Below, one piece after another: positions 37,615-47,811 of a stretch of DNA of 64,000 nucleotides. The translations under genes and the position numbers were made by a program. Source of the stretch: an uncultured Chloroflexia bacterium. GTDB lineage: Bacteria > Chloroflexota > Limnocylindria > QHBO01. The notes beneath the pieces are model-generated. The model had not been told where the DNA came from and searched no databases. It saw only the letters and a program-made list of their open reading frames with translations. Every line of letters starts with the position of its first letter. The stretch's first letter is position 1. The stretch is from contig CAWFCQ010000004.1 of NCBI GenBank assembly GCA_963814375.1, forward strand, positions 224,001 through 288,000, given 5' to 3'.

Positions 37615-38578
37615 CAGCGTGCCGCTCGAGGTGGAGCCGGGCCAGCTCGACGGCCCGGTCGCGGACGTCGGTGGGCTCCAGGATCTCGCCCGCGCCGCCG
37701 AGGGCGACGAGGCGACCCGGAACCTCCTCCGGCCAATCCACGCTGAGGCGGAGCCGATACCACCCGTCGGGATCGTCGCCGGTGTCGAGCCGCGTTGCCT
37801 CACGGACGGCGCGCTCACCAACCACGTCGACGAGCCGGCCGATGGCTCGTGGATCGATGCGGAGCGTGACCTCCATGCGCGGCGTGTCGCGCTCGTAGGC
37901 CGCGATCGACTCGCGCCAGTGGGTCGGCAGGTCGAAGTCGGCGGGGCGGGTGAAGGTCTCGCCGGTCGCCTCGACGCGGACGATCCGGCGTACTCGGTAG
38001 GTACGGATCTGGCCGTCGGCTGCGGCAACCACGTACCAGACGCCACCCTTGAGGACGACACCGAGGGGGTTCACCACGCGATCGACCGCGGCCTCCCCGC
38101 GCCGGTAGCTGATCCGCACCTGGCGCGATTCCCATACCGCGTCGGCGAGCGTCGCGAGGTTCGGCACGGCCTCGCTCGCCTGGAACCAGCTGGCCGCGTC
38201 GAGATGGAAGCGCTCCACCAGACGAGAAGCCCGCGCGCGCAGCTCCGTGGGCAGCGATGCCAGCACCTTGAGGCGAGCGGCCGCCACGACGGTGCCGAGT
38301 CCGAGCTCGGCGGCGGGTCCTGGGAGCCCCGACAGGAACAGCGCCTCGGCCTCGTCGCCGGTCAGGCCGGTCAGGCGGGTGCGGTAACCGTCGACGAGCT
38401 GGATGCCGCCGTGCGGGCCGCGCTCGGCATAGATCGGGACCCCGGCCGCGCTCAGCGCGTCGACGTCCCGGTGGATCGTTCGCTCGGAGACCTCCAGCTC
38501 CTCGGCGAGCACCGCAGCCGTGACGCGACCGCGCGCCTGGAGCAACAGCAGGAGCTGAACGAGACGGGAAGCGCGCAT
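37595..38578 (-). CDS. YafY-type HTH-WYL-WCX transcriptional regulator
   Basis: 'LEVSERTIHRD', 'GVWYVV..RTYRVRRI'. Confidence 0.92.
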   Translation of the reverse strand: MRASRLVQLLLLLQARGRVTAAVLAEELEVSERTIHRDVDALSAAGVPIYAERGPHGGIQLVDGYRTRLTGLTGDEAEALFLSGLPGPAAELGLGTVVAAARLKVLASLPTELRARASRLVERFHLDAASWFQASEAVPNLATLADAVWESRQVRISYRRGEAAVDRVVNPLGVVLKGGVWYVVAAADGQIRTYRVRRIVRVEATGETFTRPADFDLPTHWRESIAAYERDTPRMEVTLRIDPRAIGRLVDVVGERAVREATRLDTGDDPDGWYRLRLSVDWPEEVPGRLVALGGAGEILEPTDVRDRAVELARLHLERHAVRSAVR

Positions 38579-38615
38579 CGGTCCGAGGATACGCCGGAAT
38601 TCTCGCCAGAATTCG

Positions 38616-39134
38616 TCAGGTATGTTCCTCGATGAAGGCGGCGACGGCGTCGAGCGCAGCATCGATGACGGGCCCGACGCCGTGCCCCACGCCGGGATAG
38701 GTGACGAGAGTCGCGTCCGGAAGCTGAGGGACGGCTCGGCGCATCAGGTCGATCCGAGCAAACGGATCCGACTCGCCCGAGAGCAGCAGGACCGGGCATC
38801 GGATCCGCGGCCAGTGCGACGTGCGCTCCGCCCACGCGTCGTGGCGACCCGGCGCGTGCAGCGGATAGGCGAAGAGGACGAGCGCGGCCGGTGGCGTCTC
38901 GGCGGCGATGAGCGACGCCACCCGCCCGCCGAATGACTGCCCGCCGGTGATGATGCGGCCGTTCTCCCTGGCGATCGCCGCCTCGTAGGTCGGGACGGCG
39001 CGCTCGGCGGTTCCCTTAGGCAGGGAGATCAGCGCGACTGAGAAGCCGCGTGCCTCGAGGCCATCGGCATGCCGGCGCAGCTGCTCGGTCGAGCCCGATG
39101 CCCCCGGCGCGAGCAGGATCCGGTTCACGGTCAT
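38616..39134 (-). CDS. Alpha/beta hydrolase
   Basis: GQSFGG nucleophile elbow, 'YPLH', 'GESDPF', 'GH'. Confidence 0.88.
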   Translation of the reverse strand: MTVNRILLAPGASGSTEQLRRHADGLEARGFSVALISLPKGTAERAVPTYEAAIARENGRIITGGQSFGGRVASLIAAETPPAALVLFAYPLHAPGRHDAWAERTSHWPRIRCPVLLLSGESDPFARIDLMRRAVPQLPDATLVTYPGVGHGVGPVIDAALDAVAAFIEEHT

Positions 39135-39191
39135 GGCCCAAGGATATGACCTCCTCGCGCACCGATGCCGTCGCGCGCGTAGGCTGTGCTC

Positions 39192-39617
39192 ATGACCACC
39201 GAGAAGACCGCGAAGTCCGATGCCGACTGGCGCGCCGAGCTGACGCCCGAGCAGTACCACGTCCTGCGTGAGGAGGGCACCGAGCGGGCGTTCACCGGCG
39301 CCTACTGGGACGAGCACGGAGCGGGCGTCTACCGCTGCGCCGGCTGCGGCCAGGCCCTCTTCGACTCGGCCACGAAGTTCGAATCCGGGTCCGGCTGGCC
39401 CTCCTTCTATCAGCCGATGGAGCCCGGCGCAGTCGAGACCCAGACGGATCGCTCGTTCTTCACGACGCGCACCGAAGTCCACTGCTCACGCTGCGGCGGG
39501 CATCTCGGGCACATCTTCGACGACGCTCGCGATCAGCCGACCGGGCTGCGCTACTGCATCAACTCCGCATCGCTCGAGCTTGACCCGGGAAAGGTCGAGC
39601 CGATGCAGGAGGTCTAG
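39192..39617 (+). CDS. msrB: Peptide methionine-R-sulfoxide reductase
   Basis: [20 protein letters not shown] and RYCINS motifs. Confidence 0.96.
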   Translation: MTTEKTAKSDADWRAELTPEQYHVLREEGTERAFTGAYWDEHGAGVYRCAGCGQALFDSATKFESGSGWPSFYQPMEPGAVETQTDRSFFTTRTEVHCSRCGGHLGHIFDDARDQPTGLRYCINSASLELDPGKVEPMQEV

Positions 39618-39625
39618 CCGCTCCC

Positions 39626-40057
39626 TCAGCCGTGGGCGAGGCCGTGTCGCGCCCGCCGCGGGCGCCTGCGCTGGACGAGCGCAGCGGCCCTCGACGAGAT
39701 CGGCGGCAGGGCGCGGGGGGCACCGCGCAGCCACTCGATGGCCGACTCGAGGTCCTCCACCGAGAACGGCTTGGCCATCACGGCCACGTTCGGGCCGGCC
39801 ACGATGTTCACCGGGATCGAGGCCAGCAGCATCCCGGTGCAGACCAGCACGCGCGGAAGATGGAGGAGTGACTTTCGAAGGCTGACCGGCAGCTCGAGGA
39901 GCTGGGTGCCGTCGATGACCAGGCCATCGGGGCGCTGGCCCATGCCCAGCCGAGCCTTCAGCTCGTCAGGCGCGAGCACCTCGGCCTCCGGCAGCAGCTC
40001 GGCGAAGAGCCCGCGGATGCCCGGCTCACGATCGCTTACCCACAACAGACCGGCCAC
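39626..40057 (-). CDS. Single-domain (degenerate) response-regulator receiver
   Basis: 'PDGLVID', 'VCTG', 'AKPFSVEDL'. Confidence 0.65.
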   Translation of the reverse strand: MAGLLWVSDREPGIRGLFAELLPEAEVLAPDELKARLGMGQRPDGLVIDGTQLLELPVSLRKSLLHLPRVLVCTGMLLASIPVNIVAGPNVAVMAKPFSVEDLESAIEWLRGAPRALPPISSRAAALVQRRRPRRARHGLAHG

Positions 40058-40071
40058 GTCGGTGCCTCAAC

Positions 40072-40087
40072 AGCAAGCCGAGTGCCT
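40072..40087 (-). promoter_or_regulatory. Candidate sigma54-type promoter
   Basis: AGGCAC-TCGGC-TTGCT. Confidence 0.6.
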
Positions 40088-40195
40088 ATGGTACCGCGGG
40101 CTGCCAGCCCCCCAGATGGCTGACCTCGAGCGCGGCAGCCTCGTCGGCGGTCGCGGCAGAAGGGTCGTACGATCGGCGCGAGCAACCGTTCTCGT

Positions 40196-41755
40196 ATGGA
40201 GACCATGACCACAGGCAAGCCGATGACCACACCTCCGAACGACCGCCAGGCGGCGCTTGCCGGCGTCGCGGCGGGTGCGGCGGCCCTTGGCGGCGCCGAG
40301 CTGCTGGCCGGCCTGCTGCCGGGTGCGGCTAGCCCGGTCGTTGCGATCGGCGACCTGATCATCTCGCTTCAGCCGCCGGGCGCGAAGCAGTTCGTGGTCG
40401 ACCTCTTCGGCGAGGCCGACAAGCTCGTGCTCAACCTGCTCATCGCCGCGGTGGCGGTGGCGGGCGCGGCGATGATCGGCGTGCTCGCGCGCCGGTGGCC
40501 GATCGCCGGGCCGATCGGCTTCGGGGCGGGCGGGGTGCTCGCCCTGGCGGCAGGGCTGCGCGACCCCCAGGCCGATGCGGTGACGACCTTCATCGTTGCC
40601 GCCGCCGCGGTCGGCATCGGGATTTGGGTCCTGCGCTGGCTCTTCCGCCTCGCTGCGGAGCGCGGGCAGCACGTCGCCGAGATGCCGGAGTGGGGACGGC
40701 GACGATTCCTCGGGACCTCCCTCGCGGTGATCGGCGTCGCCGTGGGCAGCGGGCTCGTCGGACGCGCGCTCCTTGATCGAGGCCGCCTTGCCGCCGCACC
40801 GGCAGGTGCGATCCCGGACCCGGTGTCGACGGCACCGCCACCGCCCGACGCCGTCGCGCTGGCGGTCGACGGGATCAGCCCCATCGTGACGCCGAACACC
40901 GACTTCTACCGGATCGACACCGCGCTGATCGTGCCGAGGCCGAACCTCGACGAGTGGCGCCTGCGCGTCACCGGGATGGTGGATACCGAGATCGTGCTGA
41001 CCTACGAGGAGCTCGTTGCCATGCCGCTGCACGATCAGTACGTGACCATCGCGTGTGTCAGCAACGAGGTCGGCGGGAACCTCGTCGGCAACGCACTCTG
41101 GCGCGGCGTGCGTCTGAAGGAGCTTCTCGACCAGGCCGGAATCAACCCAGCCGCAACGCAGATCGTCGGCCGGTCCGTTGATGGATTCACCACGGGCTTC
41201 CCGACCTCGTACGCTCTCGCCGACGACCGCGAGCCGATGGTTGCCGTTGCCATGAACGGCGAGCCGCTCCCCGCCAGCCACGGGTTCCCGGCGCGCCTCA
41301 TCGTCCCGGGGCTGTTCGGCTACGTCAGCGCCACGAAGTGGCTGACCGAGATCGAGCTCACCACGTGGGAGGCCTTCGACGCCTACTGGGTGCCGCTCGG
41401 CTGGTCGAAGGAGGGGCCGATCCTGACGCAGTCGCGCATCGACACCCCGCGCGGCGGCGCGAGCGTCGCACCGGGCTCGGTGCCGATCGCCGGTGTGGCG
41501 TGGGCGCCGGATCGTGGCATCTCGGCCGTCGAGGTTCGTGTCGACCAGGGCGATTGGGATGCCGCCGAGCTGAGCGCGCCGATCTCGGATGCCACGTGGG
41601 TTCAGTTCGTCTACCAGTGGGAGGCGGCGGCCGGTGAGCACACCCTTGAGGTGCGCGCGACCGACGGGACGGGCGAGGTCCAGACCGATGAGCGCACACC
41701 GCCGCCGCCGGACGGGGCCCGCGGCCATCACACCATCCAGGTCAGGGTCGAGTAG
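40196..41755 (+). CDS. Membrane sulfite-oxidase-family molybdoenzyme
   Basis: 'CVSNEVGG', 'HGFPARL', 'ATKWL'; internal RR motif. Confidence 0.9.
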   Translation: METMTTGKPMTTPPNDRQAALAGVAAGAAALGGAELLAGLLPGAASPVVAIGDLIISLQPPGAKQFVVDLFGEADKLVLNLLIAAVAVAGAAMIGVLARRWPIAGPIGFGAGGVLALAAGLRDPQADAVTTFIVAAAAVGIGIWVLRWLFRLAAERGQHVAEMPEWGRRRFLGTSLAVIGVAVGSGLVGRALLDRGRLAAAPAGAIPDPVSTAPPPPDAVALAVDGISPIVTPNTDFYRIDTALIVPRPNLDEWRLRVTGMVDTEIVLTYEELVAMPLHDQYVTIACVSNEVGGNLVGNALWRGVRLKELLDQAGINPAATQIVGRSVDGFTTGFPTSYALADDREPMVAVAMNGEPLPASHGFPARLIVPGLFGYVSATKWLTEIELTTWEAFDAYWVPLGWSKEGPILTQSRIDTPRGGASVAPGSVPIAGVAWAPDRGISAVEVRVDQGDWDAAELSAPISDATWVQFVYQWEAAAGEHTLEVRATDGTGEVQTDERTPPPPDGARGHHTIQVRVE

Positions 41756-41761
41756 CGGCCC

Positions 41762-42979
41762 TCAGCTGGTCGGCTGGACCGACGGTGGCGCGATGGGGGA
41801 GAGGTGCAGCTCGACCCGCACAAGCCCTTCCTCGAGCGGCAGGTCCGTGACCTGGCGCCACGCCTCGTGCGAGAGGTTCGCGACGCGCTGGTCCGCCGTG
41901 CCGACATAGCACGGGCACGAATCGACGACCGGCATCGAGACGCAGCGGTCGGCGCACACCAGCACCCAGCTCGGGTCTCCGGTGGGGATACCGCCGCCGA
42001 TCTCGACCGGCAGCGCCACCGTGGCCATTCCCTCCCAGCCGGCGCTCTCGCCGTAGCTCGATGCCATCCCGGTCACGAGCCCGTCGAACGCCGCCAGCGG
42101 CGCGATCGCCTCCGGACCCGGGATGGTTGCCGCGAACGCGGCAGATCCGCCCGAGAGCGTCCCGGCCGGGTCGCCGGCGAAGGCGTACCAGTAGTCCTCC
42201 TTGCCCTCGAAGTACGGGCTTCGCTGGAGCCAGGTCTCGGCGCCGTCGATCTCGGCGTGCGGCAGGCGGGCGACCGCATCGGCGACGAAGTTCGGCTCGC
42301 TGGCGAAGACGTCGCCGAACGGCAGGTCCGGCGCGTCGAGCAGGGCCGCGACGAGGTGCGCGGCGCCCTCGTAGAAGTCGGTGGCGAAGTATGCCGATGC
42401 GCCGAGATCGGCGAGCGGTGCGCGGCTGTAGGCGCTGACGCGGCCGGCGGCCGTCTCCTCGTCGGCGGGCTCGTCGAATCCCTCGCCCGCGCCGGGGGCG
42501 TAGCACGCGTTCGAGTAGATCATCACCCAGCCGGGAGCCGGGCGCGCATGCTCAGCGATCCACGCCTCGCCGTAGTAGGCCAGCCTGCCATCGGCGAAGG
42601 AGTCGGAGTGGTCGCCCTTCGCGTTCGGCCCGTTCAGGCCCCAGCCGTTCGTGGTCGCCGCGCTCGGTGTGTCGGAGTACGGGTTCGGTGTGCCGATGCC
42701 GTGGCCGAAGTAGATGACGACGTTGGCACCCTCGACCGCGGCCAGCACGTTGTCGGCGGTGGCATCGGGCGAAAGGGCGGTGGCGACGGTGGCGCCCCGC
42801 ATCTCGGCGGCGGTGGAGGCCGCGTCGGCGAGGGCCAGGTACACCGGCGTCAGCTCCTCACCGACCGGCCCCACGATGATGGCCACCTTGATCGGCGTGG
42901 CGGCGCGTGCGGGCGCGGCGAGGCCCAGGCTGGCGAGGAGCGATGCCAGCAGCGTGGCGACGACAAGGACCGAACGCAC
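41762..42979 (-). CDS. Secreted protein with a putative clan CD-like peptidase domain and a DPBB/RlpA-like domain
   Basis: Signal peptide ARA; 'IYFGHG' and 'SNACY'; C-terminal 'ASSY..VVDSCPC..NLSHEAW..GLVRV'. Confidence 0.6.
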   Translation of the reverse strand: MRSVLVVATLLASLLASLGLAAPARAATPIKVAIIVGPVGEELTPVYLALADAASTAAEMRGATVATALSPDATADNVLAAVEGANVVIYFGHGIGTPNPYSDTPSAATTNGWGLNGPNAKGDHSDSFADGRLAYYGEAWIAEHARPAPGWVMIYSNACYAPGAGEGFDEPADEETAAGRVSAYSRAPLADLGASAYFATDFYEGAAHLVAALLDAPDLPFGDVFASEPNFVADAVARLPHAEIDGAETWLQRSPYFEGKEDYWYAFAGDPAGTLSGGSAAFAATIPGPEAIAPLAAFDGLVTGMASSYGESAGWEGMATVALPVEIGGGIPTGDPSWVLVCADRCVSMPVVDSCPCYVGTADQRVANLSHEAWRQVTDLPLEEGLVRVELHLSPIAPPSVQPTS

Positions 42980-43070
42980 GCGGATCCCCCGTGGGCACAA
43001 GGGTGTTCACCGAGTAGTTGCGTAGCATCGCACACGCGCGTGGACGCCACGCAAGGAGAGTCGCGCGCGG

Positions 43071-43916
43071 TTACGCCGAGGTTGCCTCGAGACCGTCCGC
43101 CGCTGCCGGTGGTCGCTCGTTGCCGAGGAGCGCTTCGGTGATCACGTCCGCCCAGGCGCTGTAGCCGACGACCGATGGGTGGAACTGGTCGCGAGACAGG
43201 ACGTCGACCCGTCCGCGGATCCGATCGGGGACCTCTGCCGCCAGGTCGCCGTATGCCGCCCCGGCACGAGCCGCCTCGGAGCGGCTGATCGGCCGAAGGA
43301 GGCGCGCGTACTGATCGGTCATAAGGATGAGCGGCTCGATCGCACGCAGCGCGCCGCGGAATGCCGGGATGCCGGCAAGGACGAGTCGCGCGTCGGGCGC
43401 TTCGGCTCGGATCCCCTCGAGCACCGCACGCAGGTCGGCGCGGAAGCGGCGTGGAAGCGTGCTGTGGGTGGCGTCGTTCGAGCCGATCACCACCGCGACG
43501 AGATCGGCGCCCGGAAGGAACGGCTCAGTCTCGCCCTTTCCGTGCGGCTCGAGCGCGTGCGGAAGCTGCGAGCGCACGAGGTCGGAGACGCGCGCACCTG
43601 CCCATCCGTAGCTGACGACGTGCACGTCGCGCGAGCAGGCGTCGGCGACTCGGCGGGCCATCAGATAGGGGAGCGAGTCCGCCGGCCGCTCCACGCCGAC
43701 GCCGGCCGTGGTGGAGTCACCAAGCACCACGAAGCGCAGCGGCGTTCCGCCAGCCTTGCCCTGGCTCGGGTACGCGATGTGGTCGATATAGAAACCGGGG
43801 TCGCCAGGCAGGAATTCCATGCGCCGCAGCCTCATGAGCTGCACGGCGACGACGCCCGCGAAGGCGCCGACCAGGGTTCCGAGCACGCGTGCCAACCGCG
43901 TGAGCCATCGATCCAT
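43071..43916 (-). CDS. SGNH/GDSL hydrolase
   Basis: LGDS, GSND and DQFHPS motifs. Confidence 0.88.
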   Translation of the reverse strand: MDRWLTRLARVLGTLVGAFAGVVAVQLMRLRRMEFLPGDPGFYIDHIAYPSQGKAGGTPLRFVVLGDSTTAGVGVERPADSLPYLMARRVADACSRDVHVVSYGWAGARVSDLVRSQLPHALEPHGKGETEPFLPGADLVAVVIGSNDATHSTLPRRFRADLRAVLEGIRAEAPDARLVLAGIPAFRGALRAIEPLILMTDQYARLLRPISRSEAARAGAAYGDLAAEVPDRIRGRVDVLSRDQFHPSVVGYSAWADVITEALLGNERPPAAADGLEATSA

Positions 43917-43968
43917 GCCCCTCACGCTAGCAAGTCGCCCGCCTTGACGCCAACAGCACAATCGGCGC

Positions 43969-44880
43969 GTGGCTGGAGGAGCGCTGATCATCGTCAACCC
44001 GGCCGCCGGTGGAGGGCGCGCCCTGCGCCTGATTCCGTGGATCCGCGAGCGGCTGTCGGGCCGGCACGATCTGGAGCTCGAAGTGACTGGCATGCCCGGT
44101 GACGCGGAGCGGCTCGCCGCCGATGCCTCGCGTGCCGGACGCGGGCGGGTCGTCGCCGTGGGCGGCGACGGGACCATCCAGGAAGTGCTCAACGGGATCA
44201 TGACCGGCGATCGCCGTCCCGCGCTCGGCGTCGTCCCGGTAGGCACCGGGAACGACCTGGCACGCAGCCTCGCGATCCCGCGCCACCAGGAGGCGGCATG
44301 GTCGCTCGCGCTCTCCGGCCCGGTGCGCCGCCTCGACGCGGCGCACGCGACCAACGGCGAGGGCACCTTTCGCTGGTTCGCCTCGGCCGGAGGCATCGGC
44401 TTCGACGCCCAGGTGGCGGCCTCGATGGCGGTCCGTCGCGGCTGGCAGGCGAGCCGCGCCGGCTATCTGCTGACCACATTGGCGGAGCTGCGCCGGTTCG
44501 AGAACCGACCGATCAGGCTCACCGTGGATGGGGAGGCGGAGGACCTGGAGGTCCTCTTCGTCGCGATCGCGAACGGCTCGTACTACGGCGGCGGAATGCG
44601 CATCGCGCCCGATGCCTCCCCCGACGATGGTCGCCTGGACGTCTGCGTCGTCGGCAATGTGTCGCGCCTGACGGCGCTGGGGCAGATCCCGAACCTGTAT
44701 CGCGGCACGCACGTCCGCCATCCGGCCGTCAGCATGCGGACGGGAGCCACGGTCTCGATCGATGGCGACTCGGAGACCCGCGTTCATCTCGACGGCGAGC
44801 CGTTCGGCACGCTGCCACTGCGGGTCAGGGTCGTCCCCGGCGCGGTTGACGTCGCCGCCCCGCCAACGCCGGCGCGCTAG
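43969..44880 (+). CDS. Diacylglycerol/lipid kinase family protein
   Basis: NPAAG, GGDGT, GTGND and YGGG motifs. Confidence 0.92.
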   Translation: MAGGALIIVNPAAGGGRALRLIPWIRERLSGRHDLELEVTGMPGDAERLAADASRAGRGRVVAVGGDGTIQEVLNGIMTGDRRPALGVVPVGTGNDLARSLAIPRHQEAAWSLALSGPVRRLDAAHATNGEGTFRWFASAGGIGFDAQVAASMAVRRGWQASRAGYLLTTLAELRRFENRPIRLTVDGEAEDLEVLFVAIANGSYYGGGMRIAPDASPDDGRLDVCVVGNVSRLTALGQIPNLYRGTHVRHPAVSMRTGATVSIDGDSETRVHLDGEPFGTLPLRVRVVPGAVDVAAPPTPAR

Positions 44881-44890
44881 GCTGCGTGGT

Positions 44891-45148
44891 GTGACGGAGC
44901 CGATTGAGCCTGCCATCCGCGTCGGGTCCCGGCTGTACGGGGCCGGGCGTCGCCGGATCGGCACGATCGACGCGGTGTTCGCCGACTACCTGCTCGTGCG
45001 GACCGCGGGCCTGCTGCCGATCGACCTGTACGTGCCGCGGCCGGAGATCGCGACGGCCGGCGACCGACTGACCGTGGAGGCCGATGCCGGCCAGGCCTAC
45101 GAGCGCTGGCATCGGCCGCTCAAGCGCGCACCACACGAAGAGCGATGA
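44891..45148 (+). CDS. Small PRC-barrel/DUF2171-like protein
   Basis: 'IGTIDAV..YLLV..G..DLYVP'. Confidence 0.65.
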   Translation: MTEPIEPAIRVGSRLYGAGRRRIGTIDAVFADYLLVRTAGLLPIDLYVPRPEIATAGDRLTVEADAGQAYERWHRPLKRAPHEER

Positions 45149-45522
45149 GCACCTTCACCGACGTCACGCTTGATGCGCTGCGCGCCGCGCGGACCGTCGT
45201 CATCGAGACGTCCGCCGCACCGGATACCGAACGACACCGGGCGGTGATCTGGATCGTTGTGGACGGCGACGATCGAGTGCTGGTGCGGTCGGTTCGTGGC
45301 CGGCGCGGCCGATGGTATCGCGAGCTCGTTGCCAACCCGGCCGGAGCGGTCGAGGCCGGCGGCGCTCGCCTGCCGATCGTCGCCGAGGTTGCCACCGACG
45401 ACGAGCGGGTTCGCTCCTGCAGCGATGCTCTCTCGGCCAAGTACCGCTCGGCGGGCGGCTCGCTGGCGGCGATGCTGCTCCCCGAGGTTCTCGACGCCAC
45501 GCTCGAGCTGCGTCCAGGCTGA
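45145..45522 (+). CDS. DUF2255/deazaflavin-dependent split-barrel-like protein
   Basis: 'IWIVV..VRS..RWYR..ANP..KY'. Confidence 0.75.
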   Translation: MSTFTDVTLDALRAARTVVIETSAAPDTERHRAVIWIVVDGDDRVLVRSVRGRRGRWYRELVANPAGAVEAGGARLPIVAEVATDDERVRSCSDALSAKYRSAGGSLAAMLLPEVLDATLELRPG

Positions 45523-45564
45523 GCCATGCTTCGGGCATCGGTCCTGCGGTAGGCTAGGGCAGCC

Positions 45565-46524
45565 ATGAACGACGCCGATACGATCCAGCCACTGAACGGC
45601 CGACCGCCGTACGCGCCCGGCGACGCCGATGCGTTCTACGCGCACGTCGGCTCCGGTGGGAAGGTCGAGGCCGACGACTGGCTGCCCGACGAGTACCGCG
45701 CCGCGGTGCTCAAGTTCGTCGAGATGCACGCGAACTCCGAGCTGATGGGCGTGCTCCCGGAGCGCGACTGGATCATGCGAGCGCCAACCCTTCGCAGGAA
45801 GCTGGCACTGACCTCGAAGATCCAGGACGAGGTTGGCCACGCGCAGCTGCTGTATCGCGTCGCCGAGGACCTCGGTAAGCCGCGCGCGGCGATGCTCGCC
45901 GACCTCATCGATGGTAAGACGAAGTTCCACAACGTCTTCCACTACCCGACAAGGTCGTGGGCCGACGTCGGGATCATCGCCTGGCTGGTCGACGCGGCGG
46001 CGATCGTTTCGCAGCAGGCCCTGCGGGATTCCTCCTACGCGCCGTACGGGCGGACGATGAGGAAGATCTGCTGGGAGGAATCGGTGCACATCATGCACGG
46101 CCGCGATGTCGTGCTGACCCTCATGAATGGGACCGCCACCCAGCGCGCCATGGTGCAGGAGGCGCTCGACCGCTGGTGGGGCCCGCTGATGCAGATGCAC
46201 GGCCCGCCGACCGACCCGGCGAAGGACAAGGACCTGCACTGGGGCATCAAGAGCAAGAACAACGAGCAGCTGCGCCAGGAGTTCCTCTCGATCTACGTGC
46301 CTCGGATCCTGGAGCTCGGCCTGCGCATCCCCGATCCGAACCTTCGGTTCGACGAGGCGAGCGGACGGTGGGCGTACACCGAGCCGGATTGGGCGGAGCT
46401 GAAGTCCGTCGTCACCGGGCACGGACCGGCGTCGCAGTCGCGCCTCGAGTTCCGCCGCGTGAATTTTGCCGACACCCAATGGGTGCGCGACGCGTTGATG
46501 GGCGGGGCCAGCGCGGCGGCCTGA
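45565..46524 (+). CDS. paaA: Phenylacetyl-CoA epoxidase subunit A
   Basis: HANSE, APTL, QDEVGH and EESVH di-iron motifs. Confidence 0.93.
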   Translation: MNDADTIQPLNGRPPYAPGDADAFYAHVGSGGKVEADDWLPDEYRAAVLKFVEMHANSELMGVLPERDWIMRAPTLRRKLALTSKIQDEVGHAQLLYRVAEDLGKPRAAMLADLIDGKTKFHNVFHYPTRSWADVGIIAWLVDAAAIVSQQALRDSSYAPYGRTMRKICWEESVHIMHGRDVVLTLMNGTATQRAMVQEALDRWWGPLMQMHGPPTDPAKDKDLHWGIKSKNNEQLRQEFLSIYVPRILELGLRIPDPNLRFDEASGRWAYTEPDWAELKSVVTGHGPASQSRLEFRRVNFADTQWVRDALMGGASAAA

Positions 46525-46539
46525 GCTCGGCGCCTCGAC

Positions 46540-46687
46540 GAACCGTCCAGATTCACACCAGGTGGGCGTTATGCGGCGTATCGGCCCGCGAACCGTCCAG
46601 ATTCACGCCAGGTGAGCGCCACGGTCTGAAACCGACGGTTCGACCGCTCCGTTCGCGCGTAACGGTCGCTCCATGTGAATTCCGACG
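46540..46687. repeat. Dispersed ~140-bp structured element, copy B
   Basis: GAACCGTCCAGATTCAC twice 50 bp apart, CGACGGTTCG at 46633, GTGAAT at 46675. Confidence 0.85.
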
Positions 46688-46725
46688 CTTCGCGTCGCCA
46701 ACGATGGCGGAGTACCCTTCGGCCG

Positions 46726-47037
46726 ATGAGCAGCACCGCCGCCGAGCGTGTCTGGGAGGTCTTCCGGCAGGAGGACGAGGGCGATCCCATGATCCACGCC
46801 GGCAACGTGAACGCTCCCGACGAGGAGCTCGCCATGCACTACGCGCGCGAGTTCTACGGACGCCGCGGCGAGTCGCATCGGCTCTGGATCGTCGCGCGCG
46901 ACGCGATCACCGAGCTCGACGACCCGGACCTGCTCAAGCCGCCGTTCGATCGGTCTCACAAGAAGCCCGGCGGGTACATCATCAAGCACAAGCTCGAGGC
47001 GGCGAAGGCACGCGCGGCGACGGAGGCGGGGGAGTGA
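46726..47037 (+). CDS. paaB: Phenylacetyl-CoA epoxidase subunit B
   Basis: 'WEVF..HAGNVNAPD.ELA..AR..Y.RR.E..LWIV'. Confidence 0.88.
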   Translation: MSSTAAERVWEVFRQEDEGDPMIHAGNVNAPDEELAMHYAREFYGRRGESHRLWIVARDAITELDDPDLLKPPFDRSHKKPGGYIIKHKLEAAKARAATEAGE

Positions 47038-47811
47038 CCACCGCACCCGGTACCCTGGACCTCGCAACCCGGGACGCGCTGGCGGAGCTGATCCTGAGCG
47101 TCGCCGACGACGAGTTCGTCATCGGCTTCTGGGACTCGGAATGGACCGGTATCGCGCCGATGCTCGAGGAGGACGTCGCAACCAGCTCGATCGCCCAGGA
47201 CGAGATCGGCCATGCCAAGGCGCTCTACGAGCTTCTGGCCGAGCTGACCGATGACGACGCCGACCGCATCGCCTTCGGTCGTGCCGCCGCCGACTTCCGA
47301 CACGCGGCACTCCTCAACCACGCGCGGGGCGACTGGGCGTTCAGCGTCGCACGTCGCTACCTGTACGAGACCGCCGATGCCGTCCGCCTCGCCGCACTCT
47401 CGCGCTCGACGCCACGAGCCGCTGGCCGCATTGACGGGCAAGATGCGCCGCGAGGAGACCTACCACCTGCTCCACGCCGAGGCGTGGCTCCGGCGTCTCG
47501 CAGATGCCCCACCGCCGGCCTCCGATCGGCTCGCCACGTCCCTGCGAGAGCTCTGGCCCGACGCCCAGGAGGTCTTCGCGCCGCTGCTCGAGGAGGAGGA
47601 GCTCGTCCGCTCGGGGCTCCTCGCCGAGCCGATGCGCGCCATGCACGCGGCGTGGATGTCAAAGGTTCGGCCAACGCTCGAGCCGATCGCCGGTGAGCTG
47701 CCGGACTCGGCGCCGAGCCTCGACGGCCGTACGCGCAGGACCGATGAGTTCGCCTGGCTGCATCGTGAGTTCACGATGGTGTCCGGCTCGGATGCCGAAG
47801 CCTCATGGTGA
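47034..47811 (+). CDS. paaC: Phenylacetyl-CoA epoxidase subunit C (apparent +1 frameshift near 47411)
   Basis: 'ADDE..LEEDVA..QDEIGHA' then 'EETYH..WL.RL' in the next frame. Confidence 0.85.

Noticed and set aside
38597-38614. WYL gene as a marker of a defence island (GAATTCT-N4-AGAATTC dyad upstream)
   Set aside because: The neighbours are housekeeping or stress genes with no defence genes. The dyad may be an operator, but nothing else supports it.
47400-47420. Programmed ribosomal frameshifting in paaC, mpg or the PBP gene
   Set aside because: No slippery heptamers or stimulatory signals were seen, and these families are not known for recoding.
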